NCBI GenBank assembly: GCA_963765205.1
Contig: CAVXVB010000011.1
Location: 96,001-160,000, forward strand
Source: an uncultured Verrucomicrobiae bacterium
Lineage (GTDB): Bacteria > Verrucomicrobiota > Verrucomicrobiia > Opitutales > JABDGR01
DNA length: 64,000 bases
Direction: 5' to 3'
The position numbers were made by a program, and so were the translations under genes. This document shows positions 8,640 through 17,734 of this stretch, one piece after another. Under the pieces are notes generated by a model, which was not told the origin of the DNA, did no database searches, and saw only the letters and a list, made by a program, of their open reading frames with translations. How positions within the stretch are numbered: position 1 is the stretch's first letter; the number at the start of each line of letters is the position of its first letter.

Positions 8640-10736
8640 ATGTCCTTGTTTCGTGAAGCTGGGCCTGCGGCCGCACGCGCCGCCCCGGCCGGCCCGCTGG
8701 TGGACGGTTCCACGCAATTCCTCGCCATCACGCTCCCGCCGCGGGACAGCGTGGCTTACGCCTCGCTCCTGGACTTGGTCAAGGGCGCGGGTTTTCAACT
8801 CGAGCCCTTGAACCGCAAATGGTGGCTGCGCGACCGGCATCGCGTGCTCGAGTTTCTCGCGCGCCACCTCCCTGATTTGCGTGGCCGGCACCGCGCGCAA
8901 TTCACCCCCGGCTTTCAGCACCGCACCGCGCAACTGCAATTCGCGAAATTGACGGCGGACACCAACGGGCGCGACGGCACCTTCGAAGTCGGCCTCGAAT
9001 TGCACGCACCCGGCGCGGAGGAAGCGGCCTTGCGCGCCGCCCTCGCCCGCGGCCAGGCCTATATCGAGACCCCGCGCGGCCTGGTGCTAATCAGCCCCGA
9101 TACCGCCCGGCGGCTGGCCGCCGCCCAGCAGGCCCTCGGCGGCCCGGCGGCGGGCGCTGCACCCCTGGCCCGGTTCCGGCGCACCATGACCGCGGCGGAA
9201 TTACCCGCCGTCGAATCACTGCTCGAATCGCTCGCCGTTCCGTTTGAAACATCGGCCACCTGGAAGTCCCGCAGCGAGGCCCTGCGCAAACTCGACCGGC
9301 TGGAGCCGGCGCCGCTGCCTCCGGCGCTCGCCCGGCGGCTGCGCGAATACCAACGCGTCGGCGTGGCGTGGCTCTGGCATCTCTGGAAAAACCAGCTCGG
9401 CGGCGTCCTCGCCGACGAAATGGGCCTCGGCAAAACCGCGCAGGCGCTCGCGCTGCTCCATTGTGTCCACCATCCCAATACCCTGGGCGGATTGCCCAAC
9501 GCGCCCTCTCTGGTCGTGGCGCCCGCCGGCCTGCTTGGCAACTGGCGGCGCGAAGCCGCCACCTGGGCACCCGCGCTGCGCGCCTTCACCCATCATGGCG
9601 CGGAACGTTTGACCGGTCCGGAACAGACCTCATCCTACGACGTAATCTTCACTTCCTATGCGACGCTCGCGCGCGACGCCGCCCTTTTCACTTCGGTCGC
9701 CTGGGCGGCCGTCATTGCGGACGAAGCCCAGCACGTAAAGAACCGCCGCACCCACGCCGCGCGCGCGTTGCGGGCCTTGCGCGCTCGTTCGCGTTTCGCG
9801 CTCACCGGCACTCCGCTGGAAAACAGTTTCGACGACTTGCGCTCGCTCTTCGATTTCATCCTCCCTGGTTATCTTGGGTCCTCCGGCGCCGCGCGCGTGG
9901 CGCCCGCTGCTGCCGATCGGGCCGCGGATGACGCCGCCTTGCGCCGCCGCGCCGCGCCCTACGTCCTCCGCCGCACCAAGGCGCTGGTCGCGCCCGAATT
10001 GCCTCCGAAAATCGAACAAACTATTTTCTGCGAACTCGAGCCGCGGCAGGCGCAGCTCTATGCCCAAGTGCGCGAACGCGCGCGCGCGGCTTTTTTCCAG
10101 CTCGCCATGGGCAATGCGTCCGATGGCCGCCTGCGACTGGCTGCCTTCGAGGAATTGCTCCGCCTCCGCCAGGCCTGCGCCGACCCGCGCCTGCTCGATC
10201 CTGAATGCGGGGCGGACGATTCCGCCAAGCTGCGCGCCCTGCGCGAATTGCTTGACGAGGCGGTGGATGGCGGCCATCGCGCGCTGGTTTTTTCCCAGTT
10301 TGTGTCCGTTCTGGATTTGATCGAGCCGGCGCTCGCCGAAGCCGGCCTGCCCTGCCTGCGGCTCGACGGCTCGACGCCGCCGCGCGACCGCCTCGCCATC
10401 TGCGACCGCTTCAACGCCGACCCGGCGCTTCCTGTCCTGCTCATCTCCCTCAAAGCCGGCGGCACCGGCCTGAATTTGACCGGCGCGGACACAGTCATCC
10501 ATTTCGACCCCTGGTGGAATCCCGCGGTCGAAGCCCAGGCCACCGATCGCGCGCACCGCCTCGGCCAAACCCGCACGGTCACAAGCTACAAACTCATCGC
10601 CGCCGGCACCGTTGAAGAGCGCGTGCTCGCCCTGCAACAATCCAAGGCCGGCTTGCTGGCGGACTTTTTCGAGGAAAGCGGCGCGGCGTTCGAGAAAATT
10701 TCCCTGGCCGACGTCCGGCAACTGCTCGAGGAGTAG
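8640..10736 (+). CDS. SNF2-family DEAD/DEAH-box helicase/ATPase
   Basis: LADEMGLGKT, DEAQ, LTGTPLEN, SLKAGGTGLNL, DPWWNPAVEAQATDRAHRLGQ. Confidence 0.93.
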   Translation: MSLFREAGPAAARAAPAGPLVDGSTQFLAITLPPRDSVAYASLLDLVKGAGFQLEPLNRKWWLRDRHRVLEFLARHLPDLRGRHRAQFTPGFQHRTAQLQFAKLTADTNGRDGTFEVGLELHAPGAEEAALRAALARGQAYIETPRGLVLISPDTARRLAAAQQALGGPAAGAAPLARFRRTMTAAELPAVESLLESLAVPFETSATWKSRSEALRKLDRLEPAPLPPALARRLREYQRVGVAWLWHLWKNQLGGVLADEMGLGKTAQALALLHCVHHPNTLGGLPNAPSLVVAPAGLLGNWRREAATWAPALRAFTHHGAERLTGPEQTSSYDVIFTSYATLARDAALFTSVAWAAVIADEAQHVKNRRTHAARALRALRARSRFALTGTPLENSFDDLRSLFDFILPGYLGSSGAARVAPAAADRAADDAALRRRAAPYVLRRTKALVAPELPPKIEQTIFCELEPRQAQLYAQVRERARAAFFQLAMGNASDGRLRLAAFEELLRLRQACADPRLLDPECGADDSAKLRALRELLDEAVDGGHRALVFSQFVSVLDLIEPALAEAGLPCLRLDGSTPPRDRLAICDRFNADPALPVLLISLKAGGTGLNLTGADTVIHFDPWWNPAVEAQATDRAHRLGQTRTVTSYKLIAAGTVEERVLALQQSKAGLLADFFEESGAAFEKISLADVRQLLEE

Positions 10737-10793
10737 GTGGAGTATTGTTCCGCCGCAATGATCATCCCTGGCGGCCACGCCTGCGGGATAGTT

Positions 10794-10931
10794 AAGGATG
10801 GAGGATGAGGGATGAAAGATGAATCCAGAGAGACCAACCCGATTCACACGTAGCCGCCGTTTGTTTTTAGAAAGAAAAATCAGCATGCAGCACTGTCTCG
10901 TTTCATCTTTCATCCCTCCTCCTTCATCCTT
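10794..10931. repeat. Intergenic element with inverted 7-mer arms (RRRGATG)n...(CATCYYY)n
   Basis: Left arm AAGGATG GAGGATG AGGGATG AAAGATG AA; right arm TT CATCTTT CATCCCT CCTCCTT CATCCTT; 28/30 complementary. Confidence 0.9.
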
Positions 10932-11015
10932 TTCCCAGCCGTTGCTTTTCCTGTTCAAGCTTCCCATTCCCGCCTCTACCTCCTACCTTCTATCTCCTAC
11001 TCCTGCCCTCCTCTC

Positions 11016-13622
11016 GTGCCCACTTGGTTCCCCAAACGAAAACGCTGGCGTCTGCTGGGAATTTACCTGGCGCTACTCGCCCTGTCGCATGTCTGGCAGT
11101 GGCTCGTGCCGCCCCGCGGCCAACCGCAGCCCGGCCAGGGAGCCGTGCCGGTGCATGTCTATGACCAGGCGGGCAATGCGACGCTGGTGCCCATGTATTA
11201 CCTGGAATTGGTCCCCCCGGGCAAGCCCGACGCCCCGGTGCTCGTCCTGATCCATGGCAGCCTGCTCAGCGCGCACGGACGCGACCAACTGGTCAACGCC
11301 CTGGCGCCCGATTATCATTTGCTCGTGCCGGATTTGCCTGGCTTCGGCGCTTCCGTCGGGTCGGATTTGCCGGACTATTCACTCGACAACTATGCCGAGC
11401 AACTGACGGAGCTGCTTGACGCCCTGCATATTGACCGCGCGAATTTCGCCGGCTATGGCATGGGTGGCGCGGTGGCCCTCACGGTGGCCGATACGGCGCC
11501 TGAGCGGGTCCAATCGCTGATCCTAATTGATTCGGCGGGCACGACCGAATTCGAATGGCTGGGCGATCCGCGCCTCAATAAGGCCATCTACGGCGCCCAA
11601 CTCGGCCTCTACAACACCGCCCGCGTGCTGGTGCCGCATTTCGGCCTGCTCGACACCGGCCCGTTCAACCTCGCCTCCGCGCGCATTTACTGGGACGCCA
11701 AACAGGAGCATCTGCGCGACATGCTCTGGAAATATGCCGGGCCGATGCTGATTCTCCATGCGCAGGACGACTTCGTGGACACCCTCCAATCGGCCCAGGA
11801 AAATAGCCGCCTGGTGCCCCAGAGCACGCTCGTCACCTATCCCGGCGGCCATTGGGCGGGCTTGCGCCATCCCGACTTGATTGTGCCTGCCCTGCACCAA
11901 TTTGTGGACGCCGCCGACCACGGACTCGCCCCCATCAAAGCATACGCCACTAAAGCGCGTTTGGTTGCCTCCCATCGTCCGGTCGAAATTACCGGGCCGA
12001 CCAGCCGCACCTACGAGGCGCTGCTCCTGTTTATCCTAGCCGTGCTAACCTTGTTTGGCGAAGACCTCACCTGCATCAGCGCCGGCTTGCTCGTCGCGCA
12101 AGGCGTCTTGGGCTATTGGGCGGTGGTGGGCTCCTGCCTGTCCGCCATCCTGGCCGGCAACCTGATGTATTACGTCGTGGGCTGGCGCTATGGGGCGCCG
12201 GCGCTCAAGCATCCGTTGTTTTCCTGGGCCATCAAAGAGAGCGACTTGCAACGCATGACGGCGCTCTACCGCCAGCGCGGCACCTGGATCGTATTTGTTT
12301 CGCGCTTTGTGCCGGCGAGCCGCCTGCCCGTCTTCATGAGCGCCGGCATTTTGCGCTTTTCATTTTGGCGGATGCTCACGGCGCTCGTGATCTCCAACCT
12401 GCTTTTTACGCCACTGTTTATCTGGACGTCCTCGTTGTTTGGCCAGCAGATGTTAAAGATGGCCGAGCATTATGAAAGGGCCGCGCTGCTCGTGGTGGTG
12501 GTGACGGTGCTCCTGCTGCTGGCGGCGTTGCACATCGTGCAGCCGCTGTGCACCTGGCGCGGGCGGCGGTTGTGGCGCGCGGGCTGGCGGCAGATGATGC
12601 GCTGGGAATTTTGGCCGGCCTGGCAGGTGCAGGCCCCGCTGCTGCCGGCCTTGTGGCGACTGGCGCGCCAGCACCACGGCGCCCTCGTTTTTACCTGTGC
12701 GAATCCCGGCCTGCCCTCCGGCGGGTTTGTCGGGGTGCCGAAGAGTGTCTATTTGCGCGCGCTGGCCGGCGCGGGCGTAGCGCTCCCGCGTTGGACACTG
12801 CTGCCCCCCGCCTCGGTGGATTCCCCCATCAAGGCCGATCTGCGGGCCACGGATCTTGATGCCTGGATGGCCCAGCAAGGCCTGGCGTGGCCGGTCGTGC
12901 TCAAGCGCGACGTGGGCGGCCTGGGCCGCGGTGTGCGGGTTTGCCGCCAACACGAGGAGGCGAAGCGCTTTTTTCGCGAGAACCTCGGCGCGGTCGTCGC
13001 CCAGGAATTTGTGCCCGGCGTCGAGTTTTCCATCTGGTTCGCGCGCGACCCCGGCGCGCCCGCCGCCCGCGTGCTGGCGGTGGCCGAAGCGCGGTTTCCC
13101 TCCGTCACGGGCGACGGCCGGAGCGCGCTGGACCGGCTGATCCTGGCCGACGACCGGGCCTTGTGCAGCGCGCGCATTTTTTTCACCAAGTTTGCCGCGC
13201 GCCTGGCCGACATTCCCCCGGCGGGCGAAGTGATTGTGCTCTCGGAAGTGGCGCAACCCGGTGACGGTGCCTACGCGCTCGACGCCACCGCCGACCTCTC
13301 CACCCCCGCCCTCGCTGTAGTGGCGGACGCATTCAGCCGGGCGGTCGGCGGATTTCATTTCGGCCGGGTCACCGTGCGCGCGCCGGCGCGGGAGGAGGTG
13401 CGCGCGGGGAGAAATTTGCGCGTCATCAGCGCGGCGGGCGTCAAGGCCGCCGGCTCCGCCATCCGCGATCCGCGGAGCACAATGGCCATTGCCCACCGGC
13501 AAACCATCCGGCAATGGGAGAGTTGTTTCGCCATCGGCGCAGTCCAGCGTGCGCAAGGCGCCCAGCCGCCGCCCTGGCGCACCGTTCTGCGCGATTGTGT
13601 CCGGGCGCGCATTGGCGGGTAG
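11016..13622 (+). CDS. Fusion of alpha/beta-hydrolase fold, DedA/VTT membrane domain and ATP-grasp-like domain
   Basis: VLIHG, PDLPGFG, GYGMGG. DedA: GEDLTCISAGLL, SRFVPASRLP. ATP-grasp: WEFWP, FTCANP, PVVLKRDVGGLGRGV, AQEFVPGVEF. GTG start. Confidence 0.8.
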   Translation: MPTWFPKRKRWRLLGIYLALLALSHVWQWLVPPRGQPQPGQGAVPVHVYDQAGNATLVPMYYLELVPPGKPDAPVLVLIHGSLLSAHGRDQLVNALAPDYHLLVPDLPGFGASVGSDLPDYSLDNYAEQLTELLDALHIDRANFAGYGMGGAVALTVADTAPERVQSLILIDSAGTTEFEWLGDPRLNKAIYGAQLGLYNTARVLVPHFGLLDTGPFNLASARIYWDAKQEHLRDMLWKYAGPMLILHAQDDFVDTLQSAQENSRLVPQSTLVTYPGGHWAGLRHPDLIVPALHQFVDAADHGLAPIKAYATKARLVASHRPVEITGPTSRTYEALLLFILAVLTLFGEDLTCISAGLLVAQGVLGYWAVVGSCLSAILAGNLMYYVVGWRYGAPALKHPLFSWAIKESDLQRMTALYRQRGTWIVFVSRFVPASRLPVFMSAGILRFSFWRMLTALVISNLLFTPLFIWTSSLFGQQMLKMAEHYERAALLVVVVTVLLLLAALHIVQPLCTWRGRRLWRAGWRQMMRWEFWPAWQVQAPLLPALWRLARQHHGALVFTCANPGLPSGGFVGVPKSVYLRALAGAGVALPRWTLLPPASVDSPIKADLRATDLDAWMAQQGLAWPVVLKRDVGGLGRGVRVCRQHEEAKRFFRENLGAVVAQEFVPGVEFSIWFARDPGAPAARVLAVAEARFPSVTGDGRSALDRLILADDRALCSARIFFTKFAARLADIPPAGEVIVLSEVAQPGDGAYALDATADLSTPALAVVADAFSRAVGGFHFGRVTVRAPAREEVRAGRNLRVISAAGVKAAGSAIRDPRSTMAIAHRQTIRQWESCFAIGAVQRAQGAQPPPWRTVLRDCVRARIGG

Positions 13623-13631
13623 GAAATATAT

Positions 13632-13874
13632 TTCTGAATGCTGAGTGCTGAATTCTGAATGAAGAATTCCGCCTGCTGACTCCCTTCTGATACCACTACT
13701 CAATCGCTTATGGACTATATGGACTGGATGGACCGTAGGGAACGGCTTCAACAGAAGTCCAAAAGCGTCATGGAATTGGCATGACGCAATGGGTCTCCAT
13801 TAAACTTTAGGGTCCATGGCCGGTTTGAGCCCAATAATTTTCCGCCATCAGCATTCAGAATTCAGCATTCAGAA
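13632..13874. repeat. Element with inverted 7-mer arms (TKCTGAR)n...(TTCAGMA)n
   Basis: TTCTGAA TGCTGAG TGCTGAA TTCTGAA ... TTCAGAA TTCAGCA TTCAGAA. Confidence 0.85.
13693..13783 (+). repeat. ~90-bp direct repeat, copy 1
   Basis: Manual alignment to 15205-15294: 11 mismatches and 1 gap over 91 nt. Confidence 0.9.
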
Positions 13875-13887
13875 TTCATCACCCCCC

Positions 13888-15147
13888 ATGCGCCCTCTTT
13901 CCATCCTCTTTGCCCCTTTCGGCAGCGAGGGCGACGTGCGGCCCGTCCTCTGGCTGGCGGGCGGCCTCGCCGCGCGCGGCCACCGAATTTCGTTCATTAT
14001 CACACCTTATTATAAAAACCTTGTCGAGTCGCGCGGCTGGCGCGCGCTGGACGTGGGCACGGCGGAGGCATTTGCGGCCACTTTGCGTGACCCGCGCCTG
14101 TGGGCGCCGCGCCGCGGTTCCGAGCTGGTGCTGGACCACATGGTCGAAGCACTGCCGCGCTATGCGGATGTGCTAACCCGTACTCAAACCTCGTTTGATT
14201 TGGTCATCGGCACCACACTGGCCACCGGCGCCTTCACCTGGGCGGAGCAAAACCGCATTCCGCGCCTGATGCTGCACCTGCAGCCCTTGTGCTTGCGCAG
14301 CCTGGAGGACTGCCCGCTGTTTTTGGAGGAGCTGGAGTGGCTGGATCGCGCGCCCAAGCTGGCGCGGCGGACGCTGTTCTGGCTGACCGACCAGGTCCTC
14401 GCGCGAAAAATGTTTCCGGCGATTAACGCCCATCGCGCGCGCCTGGGCCTGCCGCCCTTGCGCCGGATTGACGATGACCTTTGGCACGGCGCGGACGGCG
14501 TGGCCGCGCTGTTTCCCGATTGGTTCGCCGCGCCGCAGCCGGACTGGCCGCGCCATCTCCGCCAATTTGGTTTTCCGCGCGAAGCCGCTTCCGAGTCGCC
14601 GCCGCCGCTGCCGCCGGAGTTGGAAAGTTTTCTTGCCGCCGGCCCGCCGCCGATTTTGTGGACGCATGGGTCGGCCAATCTGGACACCCAAAAATTCGCC
14701 GCCATCGCGCGGGAAGCCACCGCGAATCTCGGCGCGCGCGGCGTCCTCGTTGGCCCGGCCACGGAGGAAGTTCCGGCGACGGACAATTTTTTGCCTGTGC
14801 GGCCATGGCCTTTCGCCCAGATTTTTTCCCGCTGCGGCGCGGTGGTGCATCATGGCGGCATCGGCACCTCGGCGCAGGCGCTGGCCGCCGGGGTCCCGCA
14901 ACTCATCGTCCCGCGCGCGCACGACCAGCCCGACAATGCCCGCCGGCTCGAACGCCTCGGCGTGGGCGCGCGCTTGCGCTATGATAAATTAACCGCGCCC
15001 GCCGCCGTGCAAAAATTGCGGGCGCTGCTGTCATCTCCCACGACGCGCGCGGCCTGTGCGCAATGGCGGGAAAAAATTCTCGTCCCAAATTTTCTCCCCG
15101 CGCTCTGTGATTGGGCGGAGGAGATGGCTGCGAGGAAAGTGCCTTAG
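13888..15147 (+). CDS. Family 1 glycosyltransferase (RhlB/MGT-like)
   Basis: GSEGDVRP, HHGGIGT, AGVPQLIVPRAHDQPDNARRL. Confidence 0.9.
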   Translation: MRPLSILFAPFGSEGDVRPVLWLAGGLAARGHRISFIITPYYKNLVESRGWRALDVGTAEAFAATLRDPRLWAPRRGSELVLDHMVEALPRYADVLTRTQTSFDLVIGTTLATGAFTWAEQNRIPRLMLHLQPLCLRSLEDCPLFLEELEWLDRAPKLARRTLFWLTDQVLARKMFPAINAHRARLGLPPLRRIDDDLWHGADGVAALFPDWFAAPQPDWPRHLRQFGFPREAASESPPPLPPELESFLAAGPPPILWTHGSANLDTQKFAAIAREATANLGARGVLVGPATEEVPATDNFLPVRPWPFAQIFSRCGAVVHHGGIGTSAQALAAGVPQLIVPRAHDQPDNARRLERLGVGARLRYDKLTAPAAVQKLRALLSSPTTRAACAQWREKILVPNFLPALCDWAEEMAARKVP

Positions 15148-15204
15148 TGCTTAGTTTTCCAGTGCTTGGTGATTTGCTTTTTTCGTGTGCGGCTTTTCTG
15201 TGTG

Positions 15205-15294
15205 CCACTTCTCAATCGTTGATGACTATATGGACTGTATGAACCGTATGGAACGGCTTCGACTGAAATCCAGAAGCGTGATGGAATTGGCATG
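15205..15294 (+). repeat. ~90-bp direct repeat, copy 2
   Basis: See copy 1; its 3' end carries the MITE target AATTGGCAT. Confidence 0.9.
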
Positions 15295-15351
15295 GGCGCA
15301 TCTCGGTTTTTGGACAGTGATTTTGCCTCGCGAAGCGAGGCTCCGAACTTA

Positions 15352-16233
15352 GAGCTTATCCGTAAATAAAAGTTGTTCGTCTGCAAACAATAAGCGCGCT
15401 GGCGAGACAGAGCAAGGCTTCGTGGGAGGCGGCGGTTTTCTCAAACCGCACGAGGAGTTTGCGGTAGCGGTTGAGCCAGGAAGCGGTGCGTTCCACCACC
15501 CAGCGACGGGCTTGGCCGGTGGATCGGCGCGGGGCTGGTTTGGCTCCGCGGGCAGGCACATGCGGACGGTAGCCGTATTGGCGCATGGTGCGCAGGCCCG
15601 GTTTCCCCCAGTAACCCTTGTCGGCACACAAATGGGCCGTGCGCCGGTCGTGGCGCTGGCGCAACGTGCGGCGCACCAGCGTCACGTCGTGTTCATTGGC
15701 CCCGGCGACGATGAGCGACAGCGGGACGCCACGGGCGTCCACCAGCACGCTGCGCTTGCTCCCATTTTTTTCCCCGGTCGGTGGGGTTGGCTCCCACCGC
15801 TTCGCGCGCCAGAGGGGCCTTGACCAGGGAGCCATCGATGCTTTGCCACCGCCACGCGATGCCCTCCAATTCATCGTAGTCGGCCAGACCGGCCCGCCAC
15901 AACGCCTCGAAGAATCCGGCGGCGTGCCACTGCTGAAAGTATTTGTGCACGGAACTGGCGCTGCCATACCGGGCCTTGGACAGCGCTTTCCACTGGCAAC
16001 CCGTGCGCAGCACGTAAACCACCGCCTCGAAGATGCGTCGAGGCGCGAGGGCCTTGCGGCCCGCGCCTGCGGCGCGACGGTAGCGCCCGCCCGCCTTCCG
16101 GCCGGCGCGCGCGGGAACCAAAGGCTCGACTTTGGCCCAGAATTCATCAGAGATTTCCCAGGAGGATAGTCGCGGCATCCCCGCAGTTTATCCCGCCGCC
16201 TTCTCAACGCAATCCTTATTTACGGATAAGCTC
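15352..16233 (-). mobile_element. IS5-family insertion sequence, 882 bp
   Basis: 18-bp perfect IRs GAGCTTATCCGTAAATAA / TTATTTACGGATAAGCTC; TTA duplicated at 15349-15351 and 16234-16236. Confidence 0.95.
15356..16178 (-). CDS. IS5-family transposase split over two frames, probable programmed -1 frameshift
   Basis: orfA has YVLRTGCQW and SIDGSLVKAP; orfB has GSKRSVLVD, ADKGY and RWVVERTASWL. The frames join at an A7 run (15765-15771). Confidence 0.9.
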
Positions 16234-16394
16234 TTAGTCGTGGACTGAAGTCCACGGCTAATTTCGAGTTGTCACTCCGTGACTGCATAAAAACTGAGAT
16301 GCGCCCAATTGGCATTACTCCCGCCAGAAACATTCGACAAACTTCGGAACATCCACTAAACACTACTACACTAAGCACTAGAAACTCCACCCCC

Positions 16395-17678
16395 ATGTCC
16401 GCCTACCCGGCCACTTTGCCCGCCAGCGGCGCGTATGCGCCGTTGATGACGACCTACCGGCCGCCGTCGGTGCGGCGCACGGATTGGATCAATCCCCTGG
16501 TCCTGCTGGTGCTGGCGACGATGGGCGTTTTTTTCATTAAGTCTGCACAGGCACATGACCCGAACGGCACGCAATGGCTGCACCAGCTGGTCTGGTTGGT
16601 GCTCGGTGCGGCCCTCTATATCGCCATTGCCGCGTTTGATTATCACTTGTGGATGAAATACGCCTGGCTGGTGTATCTTGGCAGCATTGTGCTTCTTTTG
16701 CTATTGTGGACGCCGTTAGGTGACGCCGGCTCGGAGCGGACCCACGCGCGGCGCTGGCTGGGAATCGGTTCGTATACCATTCAGCCTTCGGAGTTTGCAA
16801 AAGTTGGTGCGATCGTCATGCTGTCCTTTTATCTGGATAAATGGAAGCTAGGCGGTTTGCGCGCTTCCCTCGCGATGCTCGGCAAACTCGCCGTCATTGT
16901 GGGCGTGCCTATGGTCTTGATTTTTTTGCAGCCGGACTTAGGCTCTAGTCTGGCCTTGTGCCCCACGGTGTTCGCCCTCCTATATGTTTCCAATTTATCG
17001 GCACGATTTTTCGTGACGGTCTTTTTGCTGTTTTTGGCGGGGGCCTTCGTCTTGGGCACGGACATCAAACACTACGAAAATTTTTTGCAAGCGAACCACT
17101 ACACCCCGCAGGACGACCACGGCCAGCATGAAACCGGCAAATATGAAAAACTGTCGTGGCTGCCGCTGAAAGATTACCAGCGCGACCGCATCGCGTCCTT
17201 TTTGGACCCCGAGGCGGTGGGCCCGTTGGGCATTGGGGTGACGTGGAACCAGAAGCAGTCGCTCATTGCGGTGGGGACGGGCGGTTTGACGGGCAAGGGT
17301 TACGAACAAGGCACCCAGGCCCGCCTCGGCTACCTCCCCTCCAAAGTGGCGACGAGTGATTTTATTATGGCCGTCTTCCTTGAGGAGACGGGTTTTGTCG
17401 GCGGCCTGGCCGTGATCGGCCTATACGCCATCCTGTTGGGCAACACTTTGCGCATCGCCTGGCTCGCGCGCGACCGGTTTGGACAACTGTTGTGCGTGGG
17501 CGTGGCGGTGCTGTTTATGGTGCATGTGTTTGTGAACATCGGGATGGTGCAGGGGCTGGTGCCGGTCAAAGGCATTCCACTGCCGCTGTTCAGCTACGGA
17601 GGTTCCTTCGTGCTGGGCTGCTGCATTCTCATGGGTTTGGTGCAAAGCGTTTACCGTCACTGCCGCGAGGCCGTCTGA
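16395..17678 (+). CDS. rodA: Rod shape-determining SEDS protein RodA
   Basis: ARRWL, IQPSEFAK, QPDLGS, QSLIAVGTGG, KGIPLPLFSYGGS. Confidence 0.88.
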   Translation: MSAYPATLPASGAYAPLMTTYRPPSVRRTDWINPLVLLVLATMGVFFIKSAQAHDPNGTQWLHQLVWLVLGAALYIAIAAFDYHLWMKYAWLVYLGSIVLLLLLWTPLGDAGSERTHARRWLGIGSYTIQPSEFAKVGAIVMLSFYLDKWKLGGLRASLAMLGKLAVIVGVPMVLIFLQPDLGSSLALCPTVFALLYVSNLSARFFVTVFLLFLAGAFVLGTDIKHYENFLQANHYTPQDDHGQHETGKYEKLSWLPLKDYQRDRIASFLDPEAVGPLGIGVTWNQKQSLIAVGTGGLTGKGYEQGTQARLGYLPSKVATSDFIMAVFLEETGFVGGLAVIGLYAILLGNTLRIAWLARDRFGQLLCVGVAVLFMVHVFVNIGMVQGLVPVKGIPLPLFSYGGSFVLGCCILMGLVQSVYRHCREAV

Positions 17679-17734
17679 CATTATAATGCCGCGAGCCAAC
17701 CCTCCCCTCCTGATTTTCAACCAACCCATTCACC

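Larger units (their letters stand above)
15294..16306. mobile_element. MITE (128 bp once the IS is removed) carrying a REP-like hairpin
   Basis: Terminal IRs GGGCGCATCTCGGTTTTT / AAAAACTGAGATGCGCCC (17/18). 9-bp target duplication AATTGGCAT at 15285-15293 and 16307-16315. Confidence 0.85.
15144..16386. repeat. Element with inverted (TTAGTGC)-type arms enclosing nested insertions
   Basis: Left arm 15144-15172 TTAGTGC TTAGTTT TCCAGTGC TTGGTGA; right arm 16353-16386 CCACTAAA CACTACTA CACTAAG CACTAGA AACT. Confidence 0.65.

Noticed and set aside
8640..10736. SNF2 helicase as part of a defence system
   Set aside because: No methylase, nuclease or other defence partner is adjacent, and its composition matches core genes.
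13693..15294. Diverged repeat pair as a DGR template/variable region
   Set aside because: Mismatches are not confined to adenines on either strand, neither copy lies in a gene's 3' end, and no reverse transcriptase is in the window.
15144..15386. 80-aa minus-strand ORF spanning repeat copy 2
   Set aside because: It is stitched from IS end, MITE and repeat sequence, and the homologous frame in copy 1 has stop codons.
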